Positions 1 through 13,832 of a stretch of 64,000 bases of DNA are shown piece after piece. Below the pieces are notes generated by a model. That model was given only the letters and a program-made list of their open reading frames with translations. It searched no databases and had not been told where the DNA came from. The position numbers were made by a program, and so were the translations under genes. The stretch covers positions 8,866,001 to 8,930,000 of the forward strand of contig OX597827.1 of the NCBI GenBank assembly GCA_951406725.2, in the 5' to 3' direction. The stretch's first letter is position 1; each line of letters begins with the position of its first letter. The DNA is from Octopus vulgaris (Eukaryota).

Positions 1-226
1 TGTGTGTGTGTGTTTGTGTGTCTGTGTTTGTCTCCCTAGCATTGCTTGACAACCGATGCTGGTGTGTTTACGTCTCCGTCACTTAGCGGTTTGGCAAAAG
101 AGACCGATAGGATAAGTACTGGGCTTACAAAGAATAAGTTCTGGGGTAGATTTGCTCGACTAAAGGCGGTGCTCCAGCATGGCCACAGTCAAATGACTGA
201 AACAAGTAAAAGAGTAAAAGAGTAAA
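1..226 (+). mobile_element. SINE family A, 3' half (cut by window edge)
   Basis: Near-identical to the 3' half of copies at 45278 and 49701; (GTAAAAGA)n tail. Confidence 0.85.
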
Positions 227-255
227 GAATATATATATATGTGTGTGTGTGTGAG

Positions 256-1143
256 TGTGGTCTGATCAATAAGTATCCAGACTGTTGCTATAGTAACAAA
301 GCTAAAGCATGCAGAGTGAAGCTGTTGGGCACAGATTGACATTGAACTCTGCTGTGCATGTGCACTAGGTTTTAATGTTCTAGCTCACGTCTGCTGTTTA
401 CAGCAGTGCTTGGAAGGAAGGTGTGTAGTGTGTGATCATCACAATGACTATGATAGGGAAAGTTGAGCAGAGTATCTGTATCAAATCTTACCAAAAACCT
501 GGCAATAATTACTCTGAGGCCTATGCAAATTTTTCAAAAAGTTTTCGTTGTTCTTGACACAATCAGGGAGATTTTGTGCAACTGAAACCCAACTGTCCTT
601 TTGGTCAGCTGAAAGCAGTTTTGGCACAATCTTGGCAGACACACGGCTCATACCCATATTTTCAATGATAATGAACTTAACAGTAACTAATCTGCACATC
701 CTTTGATAACTCATGGATAGCGATTTGACGATTTCTCTTCACAGCTGCCCACACATCTGCAATGTTTTTCTCAGTTCTGCTGGTTGCAGGTCTCCCAGAA
801 TGTTCATCAATATCAACATTTTTCTGACCATCTTCTAATCATCTGAACCACTTGTAGACTTGTGTGTGGCTCGTACACTCCTCTCCATACACTTTCTACA
901 ACATTGTGTAAGCCTCTGAGCAGGTATCACCATGATAACTTTCTCATGGTCAATGAGACGATCACATGCTACACACCTTCCTTCCAAGCATTGCTGTAAA
1001 CAGCGGAAGTGAGCTAGAATGTTAAAACTTAGTACCCATGCACAGCAAAGTTCAAGGTCAATCTGTGCCAATCTGAGCTTCACTCTGCATGCTTTAGCTT
1101 CATTACTATGGCAACAGTCTTGATGCTTATTAATCAGACCTCG
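256..1143. mobile_element. Rearranged mariner-type DNA transposon with long inverted arms
   Basis: Ends GGTCTGATCAATAAGTATCCAGACTG... and ...CAGTCTTGATGCTTATTAATCAGACCTCG|TA; degenerate transposase N-terminus on both arms; minus-strand SRVSAKIVPKLL (WVPHEL-equivalent region). Confidence 0.8.
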
Positions 1144-1201
1144 TATACAGCAGATTTGCATGTTTCTATCTATCAAGTTCACCCACATGGTATAGCCCAA
1201 G

Positions 1202-1475
1202 CGGTGAGCTGGCAGAAACATTAGCACGCTGGGTGAAATGCTTAGCGGTATTTCGTCTGCCGTTATGTTCTGAGTTCAAATTCTTCCGAGGTCGACTTTG
1301 CCTTTCATCCTTTCGGGGTCAATAAATTAAGTACCAGTTACACACTGGGGTCAATGTAGTCGACTTAATCTGTCTGTCTGTCCTTGTTTGTCCCCTCTGT
1401 GTTTAGCCCCTTGTGGGCAGTAAAGAAATATATTTAATAGCATTTTTTTCTTCATTTTGCTTTAGTAAAGAAATA
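1202..1475 (+). mobile_element. SINE family B (tRNA-like head, Meta/MESC-like central domain), nested in an old family-A copy
   Basis: B-box-like GAGTTCAAATTC; central GCCTTTCATCCTTTCGGGGTC; 13-bp TSD GGTATAGCCCAAG at 1189-1201 and 1476-1488. Confidence 0.85.
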
Positions 1476-1958
1476 GGTATAGCCCAAGGTACTACATAGT
1501 GGGATTGAACCCAAAACGACATAGTTGCAAAGTAAGCTACTTAACCCCACACATTATTGCTTGATTCCTTATTGTTAATTTCAAGGATGATAATGTTACA
1601 TTAACATAAGAATGAATATGTTATGTTGCAATTTGTGTTCTATGCAAGGCTAGTTCCCGCTTATCATAAGGAATAGGGATAATGAGAAAAAGGAAAGGTG
1701 GGTAATGAGAAAAAGGAAAGGTGGGCAATGGGAAAGGTAGGGAGTGAAAAAGGTGGGAACAGAGAATAAAGAATAAGACACATTATTCCAACTTTATTGA
1801 ACATCACATCTCACGTGTAATAATTGCTTTTATATTTGGTACATTAATATTTCACAGGTGAAGAAAGTTTTAATGGTAGGATCAAGTACATACATGTACG
1901 TATATATATGTATGTGTATGTATGTATGCATGCATGTATGTATGGCTCTCTCTCTCTC

Positions 1959-1991
<33 letters not shown>

Positions 1992-2047
1992 ATGTGTGTG
2001 TGTGTGTGCGTGTGTGTGTGTGTGTGAGTGTATGTGTGTGTATATTC

Positions 2048-2078
<31 letters not shown>

Positions 2079-2199
2079 AGCGCGCGTGTGTGTGTATGTG
2101 TGTGTGTGTGTGTGTGTGTGTATATTCATATGTGTGTGTGTGTGCGCGTGTGTGTGTGTATGTGTGTGTGAGTGTGTGTGTATGTGGGTGTGTATATTC

Positions 2200-2230
<31 letters not shown>

Positions 2231-3187
2231 TGTATATATATATTTATAAATGCATACACACATGCACACATACAGAGTAAAAGATGAAAGTACAATGAGA
2301 AATGTTAAGTACATTAACAAAATAAAAAAATATAGAACATATAATATTAATAGACAAGGGAAATATATCATTAAATAAGATGAAACTATTCTTATACTAT
2401 TGCTGAATTATCTTCTCTTTGCTGCTTTTATGCAAGTATTAACATTAACAGTGTCAGCTGGTTGAACAATTTACAATTTACAGCCTATTCACTGCTTATT
2501 GATGTGTCCCTGGCAAAGACACTTAACTGTTTTGTGCACTGAATTTGCTTAGCTTGTAAATTGATAGGAGAGATTATAGGGATGGATAGGTTTAATTCCT
2601 AGTGTATCAGATAAAATGCTTTTCTAGGTATTTTGTTTTAGCACATTATGTTCTGGGATCAAATCTCACTGATGCAGGACTTGCCTTTCATCTGTCTGGG
2701 GTTGATCGATAAAATAACATTCCAGCCAAGGCCATGAATAAATAAATAAATAAATAAATAAATAAATTCATAAATGGAACGAAAATGTCTCTCTTGAGCT
2801 TACAGGAACTTGGGGTAGTCGAAGTTTACCTGAGGTGTTTTGGTGACTGAAAGTACAAAACTTGTCACCTCCTCTTCAGTGGGGTGTCACTCCATTGTCA
2901 GGTGAACTCCACCAGCTCCTGCTGGGTTTGATTTTTCAGCTGTACAGCTTAGATCATCACAAAATGAAGTGCCTTGCTCAAGGACACCCGTGTTAAGAAT
3001 CAAAGCCCATCAACAAACAATCATAAACCTAATACTGTAACTACTGGGTAAAGCATCTTCCCATCAGTTCAGTATTAAGGTGGATTTAATATTTCTGTAG
3101 TGCTTCCTAGTTGTGATTAGAAGAAGAAGAAGAAGACAAAACGGCCAAAAATATTTTTACACATCCATGTACATATATACATACATA

Positions 3188-3228
<41 letters not shown>

Positions 3229-3419
3229 TACTAATATAGAATGAATATTTTTTCTACATAAAAGAATTCCATCTAACCAAACTTGAAAACAAAAAACACA
3301 ATTTCAGTTCTTCGTGTTTTTGACCTGTACCGAGTAAATAATATGTGGAAATTGACGATTTAATAGTCTGTTATCAGCATATTGGCATTGAAATAATTTT
3401 CTTTACTCACCTAACTTAT

Positions 3420-3465
<46 letters not shown>

Positions 3466-3469
<4 letters not shown>

Positions 3470-4448
3470 GTCATCTCATAAATAATGCAGTTTTTTCAAT
3501 TGCATGGGCTAAAAGTCAGAGGAAGACAGGATAATCTACCTGCATCAACTTGCTATAAAAGCAGGTAGTAATTTTACCTTGTCCTTATTCATAGTGCAAG
3601 TTTTGAAGAGTGCGGTTCGATTTTAACAGTTATTATTTCAATGATATAATGGAAGTGACAAAGGGCATACATATTTGGCATATTTTGTTTCATGAGTTCA
3701 ATAAAAGCAACAAAGCAACGGAAAGAGTGAGAGACATTTACGCAGTATATGGGGATCATACAATAAGTGTAAGCCAGTGTCAGAGATGGTTCCAGAAATT
3801 CCAAGCTGGAAACTACAGCCTAGAAGACAAGCCTCATCCTGGAAGATCTGTAGAGCTCAACGAGGAAGTGTTGCAAAACCTGGTGGAACCAAATCCCATC
3901 ATAATTGTTAAAGAAATAGTAGAGAAGCTTGGATTTGGTCATTCAAACATTCAGCAACACCTGCATGCCATCAGAAAAGTCAGCAAATTGGATCAAAGGG
4001 TTCCTCACAAACTTTCCGAGTCTAAGTGCATGCAGAGATTGAAGGTGTACTTTTCTCTGCTGCCACGTCTCATGAATGAACCATTTTTTGGACCAAATAG
4101 TGACTGATGATGAGAAATGTGTTCTCTATATAAATGTCAAGCACTGTAAACAGTGGGTAAGGAAAGGAGAAGCATTAATACCCCGTTGCCTCATCTGATT
4201 ATCAATTATTCTTTAGTCTTCAAACTTATTTGAATGGAAAACAAATATTAATTCTGTAGACACGGTCAGAACAGTAGTGGAGGAGTATTTTTCATCATGG
4301 ACAAGAGTGAATTGCAAGTCTACCAGATAGATGGAAGAGCATTGTAGAAAATGAAAGAGAGTATATTTTAGATTAAAAAACAACTTTTTTTTATCTTAAT
4401 TTTGAAAAATAAAAGAAGTATAAAAAACTTCATTATTTACGGGATGAC

Positions 4449-4452
<4 letters not shown>
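3466..4452 (+). mobile_element. Internally deleted mariner transposon (transposase pseudogene)
   Basis: TIRs TTGGGTCATCTCATAAATAATG / CATTATTTACGGGATGACCCAA; TA flanks inside (TA)n; ORF 3610-4107 with HTH region (CQRWFQKF..LEDKPHPGRS) and RVPHKL. Confidence 0.93.
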
Positions 4453-4488
<36 letters not shown>

Positions 4489-4506
4489 TATGTATGCATG
4501 TATGTA

Positions 4507-4584
<78 letters not shown>

Positions 4585-4644
4585 CATATATATATATACA
4601 TATATATACATATATATATATACATATATGTATATATATATGTA

Positions 4645-4683
<39 letters not shown>

Positions 4684-4687
4684 GGGC

Positions 4688-4723
<36 letters not shown>

Positions 4724-5024
4724 GAAGACTCTTTAATTAAAATACAAATAGAATTTATATTTTAAACACTGTTTAATGATAATCAGCAAGTACAGCTAAC
4801 ATATTGATTAAAATAATAATTGACTTTTGATATTCTATACTATTACAGGATGTCTGTTTAATTAAGTTGAGAAAAGAAATTATTTTTGTTTTGATTCGCA
4901 TTCTTCATTTAATTATCATTTATTGATATACACTAATACGCTGAACTTGTGACAGGAAATAGTTTTAAATGGAATTTTCTCCAATGAATATTGGAACCTA
5001 CCAGTCTTTATTACTTAGAATATA

Positions 5025-5626
5025 CCTTTATATATAAAAGTGAGGTTGTGTGCTGTCTGTCTCCTACGATTTAGATTCCTAACTACTCCCACATTTTGCG
5101 GTGCAGTTTAACCTAAACCGGGTATCTTATAGTCGTGATTCATATCGAGCCCTTCTGGGTATTAGCGCACGTCTACGATGAGTCTACGATTAAAAAAAAA
5201 ATTTACCATCGTTTTTTTCCATTTTAATGCATTTTTTTGCTATTATATAAGGGAAGTAACTCTCTAAAAATATCTACGATTAGTCTACGATTTAAAAAAA
5301 ATTTACCATCATTTTTTTCCATTTTAATGCATTTTTTCGCTATTATATAAGGGAAGTAACCCTCTAAAAATGTCTATGATGAGTCTACGATTTAAAAAAA
5401 ATTTACCATCATTATTTTCCATTTTAATGCATTTTTTCGCTATTATATAAGGGAAGTAACTCTCTAAAAATGTCTACGATGAGTCAACGATTTTTAAAAA
5501 AAATTTACCATAATTTTTTTTCCATTTTTAATGCATTTTTTTGGTATTCTTTAGCTATAACTCTCTAAAAATGCTTATATAGTTATTTCTTTTACAAACC
5601 CGAGCAACGCTGGGCGATACTGCTAG
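5025..5626 (+). mobile_element. Non-autonomous Helitron with about 4 internal 100-bp tandem units
   Basis: 3' hairpin CCCGAGCAACGCTGGG then CTAG|T; 5' A|CCTTTATATATAAAAG (TC expected, CC seen); no TSD; repeat starts at 5171, 5272, 5372, 5472. Confidence 0.8.
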
Positions 5627-5878
5627 TATATGATATACTTAGAACTTATATAAAGCTATAATTACATTATATCATTATAAAAGAGCTAGTATTTTTGCTT
5701 AAATCTAAAGAAATTAAACTCTTATACATACATACATATTGATATATGACTATTGAATCTAAAAATAACTTTTATTATCATCATAAGCATCATGTAGTGT
5801 AATGCACAACAGTAACATATCTTTTATATTCACTATTTTATATTCAAAAAAATAAATCAGTGCTTTATATATTACTGT

Positions 5879-6295
5879 TTACTCTTTACTCTTTTAATTG
5901 TTTCAGTCATTTCACTGCGGCCATACTGGAGCACCGCCTTTAATCGAGCAACTCGACCCCGGGACTTATTCTTTGTAAAGCCTAGTACTTATCCTATCGG
6001 TCTCTTTTTGCTGAAACCGCTAAGTAATGGGGACGTAAACACACCAGCATCGATTGTCAAGCAATGCTAGGGGGACAAGCACAGACACACAAACATACAC
6101 ACACATACATTATATATATATATACATATATCCGACAGGCTTCTTTCAGTTTCCGTCTACCAAATCCACTCACAAGGTATTGGTCGGCCCTATGCTATAG
6201 CAGAAGACACTTGCCCAAGATGCCACGCAGTGGGACTGAACCCGGGACCATGTAGTTGGTAAGCAAGCTACTTACCACACAGCCACTCCTGCGCC
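5879..6295 (-). mobile_element. SINE family A, full length
   Basis: A box TGGCTGTGTGG, B box GGTTCAGTCCC, CORE-like TTGGGCAAGT, internal TA/CA microsatellite, (GTAAAAGA)-type tail. Confidence 0.9.
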
Positions 6296-6660
6296 TATTC
6301 TGCATCATCAAAATGTAATGATTTAACAGAATGGTTAAAATGTAGGATAGGAAGCTTCAGTGTGTTTGTTCTGTCTCTCTGTGCTCTTAGTTCATATATT
6401 ACCTTATCTGTCTGGCTATATTTATCAGTATATACGCGTTCAGCAGAGAAGAAACGAAATTCTCGGATATGAGATAAAGCCGATGATGTGTGTGTGTGTC
6501 AGGTGAGGCACAAACATTTTCAAGTGCAAGATGAAAAGTTTTTTAATGTAAATGTAGCATAAATATTTTATTTTATTTCATACCATTTCACATCATTTCA
6601 TTTCCTTGGAAAATTTGAAGGCATTCTGTACTTGTATATAAATAAACTATCTCTCTCTCT

Positions 6661-7048
6661 CTTTACTCTCTTTCATTTGTTTCAGTCATTTGACTGCAGC
6701 CATGCTGGAGCATCGCCTTTAGTCGAGCAAATTGACCCCAGGACTTATTCTTTGTAAAGCCTAGTACTTACTCTATCGGTCTCTTTTTGCTGAACCGCTA
6801 AGTTACGGGGACGTAAACACACCAGCATCAATTATCAAGTTATGTTGGGGGTACAAACACAGACACACATACATACATATATATACGACAGGGTTCTCTC
6901 AGTTTCCGTCTACCAAATCCACTCACAAGGCTTTGGTCAGCCCGAGGCTATAGCAGAAGACATTTGCCCAAGGTGCCACGCAGTGGGACTGAACCCAGAA
7001 CCATGTGGTTGGTAAGCAAGCTACTTTACCGCACAGCCACTCCTGCGC
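6661..7048 (-). mobile_element. SINE family A, full length
   Basis: High similarity to 5879-6295. Confidence 0.9.
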
Positions 7049-7900
7049 AAACTAATATAATATTCTAACAATCAGAAGTGCCAGAAGAATTGCAAGAAAA
7101 TAAAAGAACAATTTAGAATATATAAAACAAAAGCAAGTAGCATAAACACAACCAGTAATATTGGTTCAATCCTGCAATATTTGAGATATCCAGAAGTGCC
7201 AAATTTCTTAATCTGAACATATTCAATACAGTTATAAATTTCAAGCATTACAAGGTGATTTACACGTGGAACATTCTTCTTGCTGCTGTTACCAAGGAAA
7301 TATTAAACTCCAGCCACTGTAACTAACTTGATCCTGAGTTCAAGAAGCACTTTAATATCTCCAATTCCGACGTAATCAATTTTAAACAATAACAGAAACT
7401 ATAATAAAAACTGAATTTATTTTTCACCTTATATCACCAAGCTTAGCATTGAATATTCCTTAATCGCAGTCTTTGAAATTACAGCTTTAAAGTCACAAGG
7501 TATACTACAGCACATTATTACATTATATATAGCCATATGTATTGTGACGGTTATAACAACACAGTGCACACAGTCCAGTTGTACATCTTTGGAATTTCAT
7601 TATATTACTCAGAACTCCGGGGAAATTTTTAAAAAGATGAAGAGGAAAGTATCCTACTGAAGTCCTAGACAACCGTATTTATGAAGAAATTCTATAAAAC
7701 TATTTGCAGTTTTCTGGGTTTCATTTTATTGCCGTCTTTCTTATACAGTAATATTTTCTTTAGGCACCAAAATAATAGATTATATTTGTTTTATGTATAT
7801 ATACAATATTTAACAATAAGCAGAATAAATACTATTTTATAATTCATTATTTAAATTTTTGCGTGTGTGCATGTGGGTGTGTGAGCACGTGTGTGTATTA

Positions 7901-7950
<50 letters not shown>

Positions 7951-7996
7951 TATACACACACACATACATAATATATGTGTATATGTTTGTGTGTAT

Positions 7997-8050
<54 letters not shown>

Positions 8051-8786
8051 GTTATTATTTCCATAACTTATATTAAAGATAGTATTTGATTTATAGCTGA
8101 AACAGAGAATTTAATATAAAAAAAAACAAAACAATACAATAAAAATCTGCCCAAAATAAAAACATAAATGCGACATTAAAAATGTTATGAGATTGTGCAT
8201 CTAGTTTAAAGACTATTTATGTTATGACATTGCTAATTGAAAACATATTATTTAGACATTATCCATTAAAACTGATATTTTTGACAGAAACACCTCAATC
8301 AGAAACACACCACTTAGGCAGAAAAGTATGAATGCATTGACAAAGATAAATAATCTGCAGCTATAATTTGTTCAGAAAATTATTAAAACATAACTAATTT
8401 GATTGTCAGAAAGAGCACATAATTAAAACGTAATTAAATAGGCAAATGAGGTAGCATACGATCTGTAAAATAATTGTCAACTATAGAAATAAAATGAATC
8501 TAGACATTATCTATACAGGACAATTATTTGGTCTTTTTTTTATTTAGATATGAGATTCAGCATCATTAAATTAATTTATACTTAAAGAGGTTCTTTTAAT
8601 TTATGTTAGATAAGAATACAACACAAAACTGAATGCAGAATATGCAAAACTCTCCAAAATGGAACCTAGCGCAGCTCTCCAGGTTGCCAGCTCTCGTCAC
8701 ATTATCCAACCCATGCCAGCATATAAAATGGACGTTAAAGGATTATAATGATGATGATAATGATCTAAGCTCACCATGATGCAATG

Positions 8787-9220
8787 GGATCTTTTCGGTT
8801 TGAACGGCAATTTTTAACATAATTTCTAGGTAACTAAAAAATTTTGAACTTCGTATACTGGTAGAATGCGTTTATAAAACATCTTTTTCTCTTGGCTTTA
8901 TTGGGAAAATTCTATAGTTTGTAAGATATTTGTTGTTTTTTTTTCTTCAATTTCTGCAATTTCAACCAATCATTGACGTCTATTGAGGTAAAAAAACATT
9001 CTGTGCCGCATGAATATGTCCCTCGTTTAAGAAACAGATTGGGTTTATTTACATTTGTGAAGAAAAAAAGATATCCTTCCACCGCCCCTAACCCTAACTC
9101 TAACTAACCCTAACCCTAAAACAGATTGAAATGCAATAGATCGATACTAGGGTCATAATTATGGGTGACAATTTCATATGACACCGCTAGAAAAAACTGT
9201 CGTTCAAACTGAAAAGATCC
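8787..9220. mobile_element. MITE with 8-bp TSD (MULE- or Merlin-like)
   Basis: TIRs GGATCTTTTCGGTTTGAACGGCA / TGTCGTTCAAACTGAAAAGATCC; perfect TSD ATGCAATG at 8779-8786 and 9221-9228; internal (TAACCC)-like run. Confidence 0.88.
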
Positions 9221-9891
9221 ATGCAATGAAATAGCCTTTATGTATTTATTTGATCTGCTAGAAATATCAGCAAAGTTGCCTTCGATTCACACCCTACCTT
9301 CTTAAAAGTGTAAGAACTCATTAGGCAGTGTAGGCTGAGATATACAGAAGATGGAATACATACAGCTAGAATTTTCCTTTGGAATCATAGATCAGTTCAG
9401 TCAAAGAAGAGATGAGCTAAAACAATGCCAACAATTATGGAAATCTGGAAATGAGAGTAATTCTTGATGCAATTGTTATTGTTTAGCTAGTCTTGATTAA
9501 ATGTATTTCATCCATAACTATCTCAGATTTTTAAGGATAGGCTTGTGGCTTAGTGGTTAGGGTGATGGGCTTATGACAATAAGGTTGGGGGTTCAATTCT
9601 TTGGCCAAATGATATGTATCCTATCCTTGAGTAAGGCATTTTTTTTCATGTTGCTCCAGTCTACATGAAAATGAGTACTAATCTATTGCTGATACAGCTT
9701 CCCCTCCCCCATCATTGGTCACATCGTTGATGCTCTACTAAGTTGTGGATTTCAGAAAGACTGAGATAGCTGTTTGCACTATTAGTGAAAGCATGATATG
9801 AGTCATCATGTCATATTCACATGCAAGTGATTTTTGTAGATTTTCTATGACAATGTTATCCAGTATGTTCCTCTACTTGTAAAAATAATTA

Positions 9892-10460
9892 TTGGGTTGT
9901 CTGGCTGGAAAGTCCGTGCCGATTTATAGCAGCTTACCTTTCGACTTATTTTAGAACATGGTTGAGTCCATAAAATAGGATTTGACTACACCTCCGTTTA
10001 GAGCACTGTTTAAGCTATCTTTCTGTGGAAGAAGGTTTATGTTCCTATAACTTGTGTTAATTCTGTAACCCTTTAAAATGGAAGATAAGGAAGTTCATTT
10101 TCGGCACTTGATGCTTTGGGAACCAGACAAAAATTGCTGCAGCTCAGCTGGGATGTGTTACCCCACCCTCCATATTCACCAGATATTGCTCCTTCAGATT
10201 TCCACTTATTCAGGTCTCTGCAGAATAGTCTTAATGGTAAAAATTTCAATTCCTTGGATGATGTAAGAAGATACCTTGATGAATTCTTTGCCATGAAACC
10301 ACCTCAATTCTGGGAAGAGGGTATTTTCAAGTTAAAGGAAAGATGGAGACGTATTGTGCAACAAAATGGTTCATATTTGGTTGATTAAAAATGTAATGGC
10401 AAGTATTTATTGACCTTTTCTTTCCTTTAAAATTCGGCATGAACTTTCCGGACAACCCAA
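9892..10460 (+). mobile_element. Internally deleted mariner
   Basis: TIRs TTGGGTTGTC..GGAAAGT / ACTTTCCGGACAACCCAA; N-terminal MEDKEVHFRHLML joined to C-terminal HPPYSPDIAPSDFHLF (mariner YSPDL motif). Confidence 0.93.
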
Positions 10461-10753
10461 CAGATATGATTTGGAGGTGATTTGGTTGCTATTTCTGGCA
10501 GGTCATGCAGTCACACGAGGCTTGTTTTTCACTTATTCTGCTGTAAGTTAGTGTGTTATATTATCAAAAACAGCACATAACTCTGCTGGCTTCAGTTTGT
10601 CTTCTTGATAACAAGTAAAGCTCTAACTTATCAGTAGAACTGAGGACGTTGCTGTTGGGTAACACCAAATCAGCTGATTAAGCAGACTTATAATCAAAGG
10701 CATTTCAGCTGTGACCATCCTATGGTTTATGGTATAGTAGTATACCCTAGACC

Positions 10754-11140
10754 GTGGAGGCGCAATGGCCCAGTGGTTAGGGCAGCGGACTCGCGGTCAT
10801 AGGATCGCGGTTTCGATTCCCAGACCGGGCGTTGTGAGTGTTTATTGAGCGAAAACACCTAAAAGCTCCACGAGGCTCCGGCAGGGGATGGTGGTGATCC
10901 CTGCTGTACTCTTTCACCACAACTTTCTCTCACTCTTACTTCCTGTTTCTGTTGTACCTGTATTTCAAGGGCCGGCCTTGTCACTCTCTGTGTCACGCTG
11001 AATATCCCCGAGAACTACGTTAAGGGTGCACATGTCTGTGGAGTGCTCAGCCACTTACACGTTAATTTCATGAGCGGGCTGTTCCGTTGATTCGGATCAA
11101 CCGGAACCCTCGTCGTTGTAACCGACGGAGTGCTTCCACC
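10754..11140 (+). mobile_element. SINE family C (tRNA-derived head), full length, young
   Basis: A box TGGCCCAGTGG, B box GTTTCGATTCC; 10-bp TSD ACCCTAGACC at 10744-10753 and 11141-11150; CpG-rich. Confidence 0.9.
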
Positions 11141-11204
11141 ACCCTAGACCACTTTATCCAATGTGGCTTTTGTTCAGGAGATAGAGACTATGTTCAGAAG
11201 AATA

Positions 11205-11456
11205 AAAGAAGTTACCTTCTCGAGTCATACAGATTCATAAGGGACAGATTCCTACTTTCACATAGTATATATTCTCCTCCTGGACAGGACGCTGGTCCTT
11301 CACAGGATTACTCACTTTCGCCAGCTGAGTGAACTGGAGCAACATGAAATGAAGTGTTTTGCTCAAGAACACAATGCATCGCCCGGTCCAGGAATTGAAA
11401 CCACAATCTTATGATCAGGAGTCCAACACCAAAATCACTGGGCCATGTGCCTCCAC
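11205..11456 (-). mobile_element. tRNA-head SINE related to family C
   Basis: Minus strand GTGGAGGCACATGGCCCAGTG...GGTTTCAATTCC...TTGAGCAAAACAC; body differs from the 10754 copy. Confidence 0.7.
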
Positions 11457-13162
11457 TTTATCTTAAGGGAGATTTGGCAAGTATTTCTAGCTGGCCAAGC
11501 AGCCACATAGAGACGTGACTCTCTGTCTATCGGTCTGTCTGTCTCTCTCTCTCTCTCTCATTTGAAAGAGAGGGCAGATGTAGACAGTGTACTCAGCCTC
11601 ATTTCTATGTAACTTGCCAAATTTATAAAAGCACCACACACATTTGTTAGGCACTGAAATAAAGATCTAATGAAACCAAAATCAATGTTTTATTATGCTT
11701 TGTGTTAATCTAATTAGGAGCAAAATATAAATCACATTTAATTATTGCTAACAATGCTTGATTAAGCTAGTCTTTACTCAAAAATGAGCTAAGAGAAATA
11801 ACACAGAATGGCCAGTGGCATGCATTTGAAGAACATAGACAAACACAAGTATGTCAAATAGCAAACAATATAAATTCTTGATTTATTAAAATTATTTCCA
11901 CCTTTAGAGAATGCATCATAAATACCAAACGGCAATTAAGACTGGCTCCACTTGTGAAAGAGAGATAATCTCAATTACTCAAAGATACTCTAAAATTTAC
12001 ATGCCATTAATGAAAAGGGTAGACCTATTGTCTGGAGGTAAGAGGACACTCATGGACATGTGTTTCTGGCTCAACAGCCATCTTAAGCACAATAAATTTC
12101 CAACCTTATCTTCAGTAGACAAAGGTCCTAGTCATTACTCAACTTGATATAAATTGCAGCCGAATCTCCCTAAAAAATCACAACATACCACCTAGAAAAC
12201 AAAACAGACACATCAGAATATATATTCTTAGACACTTCTAAAAAAAGGTCTTTGGTCCCAAATCTGTTTTATCACAGCAGATCTGGGGTCAAACAACAGC
12301 AACAACTAACAAGAAGTATGTAGCATTCTTCCTCTTTGACATCCTTTTTCAGTATTAGCATGTACAGCATCCCATGACTTAAAGCGATGCCGTTCATTTT
12401 ATACAAGCTACTCGGCTTTCACCATTCCTCCTTAATCATAGCAAAGTCAGCAGCTTTACTAAATTCTAATTCTGTAAGAGATTAGATGCTCCTTAACTTG
12501 GGTTATGGAGAGAAGTTTATTGTGTTGAAGAAACCTGGAAAAGACATGTTTCCCATGAGGCACTAAAAGAGGTAAACCTGCAGTAAAATACCTCAAATAC
12601 AAATATCTAAATTCATAAAACCATTCAATCCATAATAAGACTCTTATTTATTAATTTGTTGTCAGTTACTTTGCAAGTATGCTCTTTAGACAGACAATCT
12701 AGTGATTATTCTGAAGATTAAAGATTACCAAAGCACACACAATGGAACAATTGCACTCATTCTAAATCCCAAGAGTTAATCTGTTTATATATATATATAT
12801 ATATATATATAGACATAAATAAACATAGACAAACACAGGCAAGCATTATTATATTATATTAAATATGATATGTATTAAACAGATATGTATGTGTGTTTGT
12901 TTATTTGTCATATGTTTGTCACACAGGATTAGATGTCAGAATTATGCTTTTGTCCAATCAGTCTTTGAATCAAATTTTACATATCAACATTACGAACCCA
13001 TTACATCTGGAAACTCAAAAGTCGGCATATTAACAATATTCCTATAAAACAGTGTACTGTCAGAACAGATCTGTAATACTTATATGAAATACACATACAT
13101 ATACATATGAATGTGTGTAAATATATGTATTTCATACAAGAAAGTACATGTGTATATGTCTA

Positions 13163-13247
<85 letters not shown>

Positions 13248-13264
13248 AATCTATCTATCTATCA

Positions 13265-13305
<41 letters not shown>

Positions 13306-13424
13306 CCTGTCTGTCTACCTATCTATCTATCTATCTATCACCTTGTAATTTTGTCCTGTCTGTGTGCAGCCCTGTGTGGCTAATAAAGAAACATATCTAT
13401 TTAATTACTTTATATATTTATAAA

Positions 13425-13832
13425 GGCACAGGTATGGCTGTGTAATAAGAAGTTTGCTTTCCAACCACATGGCTCTGGGTTTTGTTCCTCTTTGTGGCAC
13501 CTTGGGCAAGTGTCTTCTATTTTAGCCTTGGGCCAATTAAAGCCTTTTGACAGGATTTGGTTGATGGAAACAGAATGAAACCCACTGAATGTATATATAC
13601 ATATGTGTGTGTGTGTCTTGGTGTCTGTGTTTGTCCCACCACCACCACCACCACTTGACAGCTAGTGTTGGTATGTTTACATCCCTGTAACTTAGCAGCT
13701 CAGCAATAAGAGATAAACATAAGTACTAGGCTTCAAAATAAGTCCTGGGATCAATTTCTCCACCTAAAAGCCTTTGAGGCAGTGCCCCAGAATGGCCACA
13801 GTCAAATGATTGAAACAAGTAAAAGATAAAAG

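Noticed and set aside
3610-4107. Functional or domesticated (SETMAR-like) transposase
   Set aside because: Frameshifted, catalytic domain deleted, TIRs intact: a dead element.
9086-9120. Telomere or chromosome-fusion remnant
   Set aside because: Only about 5 imperfect hexamers, and they lie inside a MITE with TIRs and TSD.
10754-10830. tRNA genes (also heads at 27221, 36678, 45278 and others)
   Set aside because: A/B boxes are present but no complete cloverleaf; they continue into SINE bodies with TSDs and tails.
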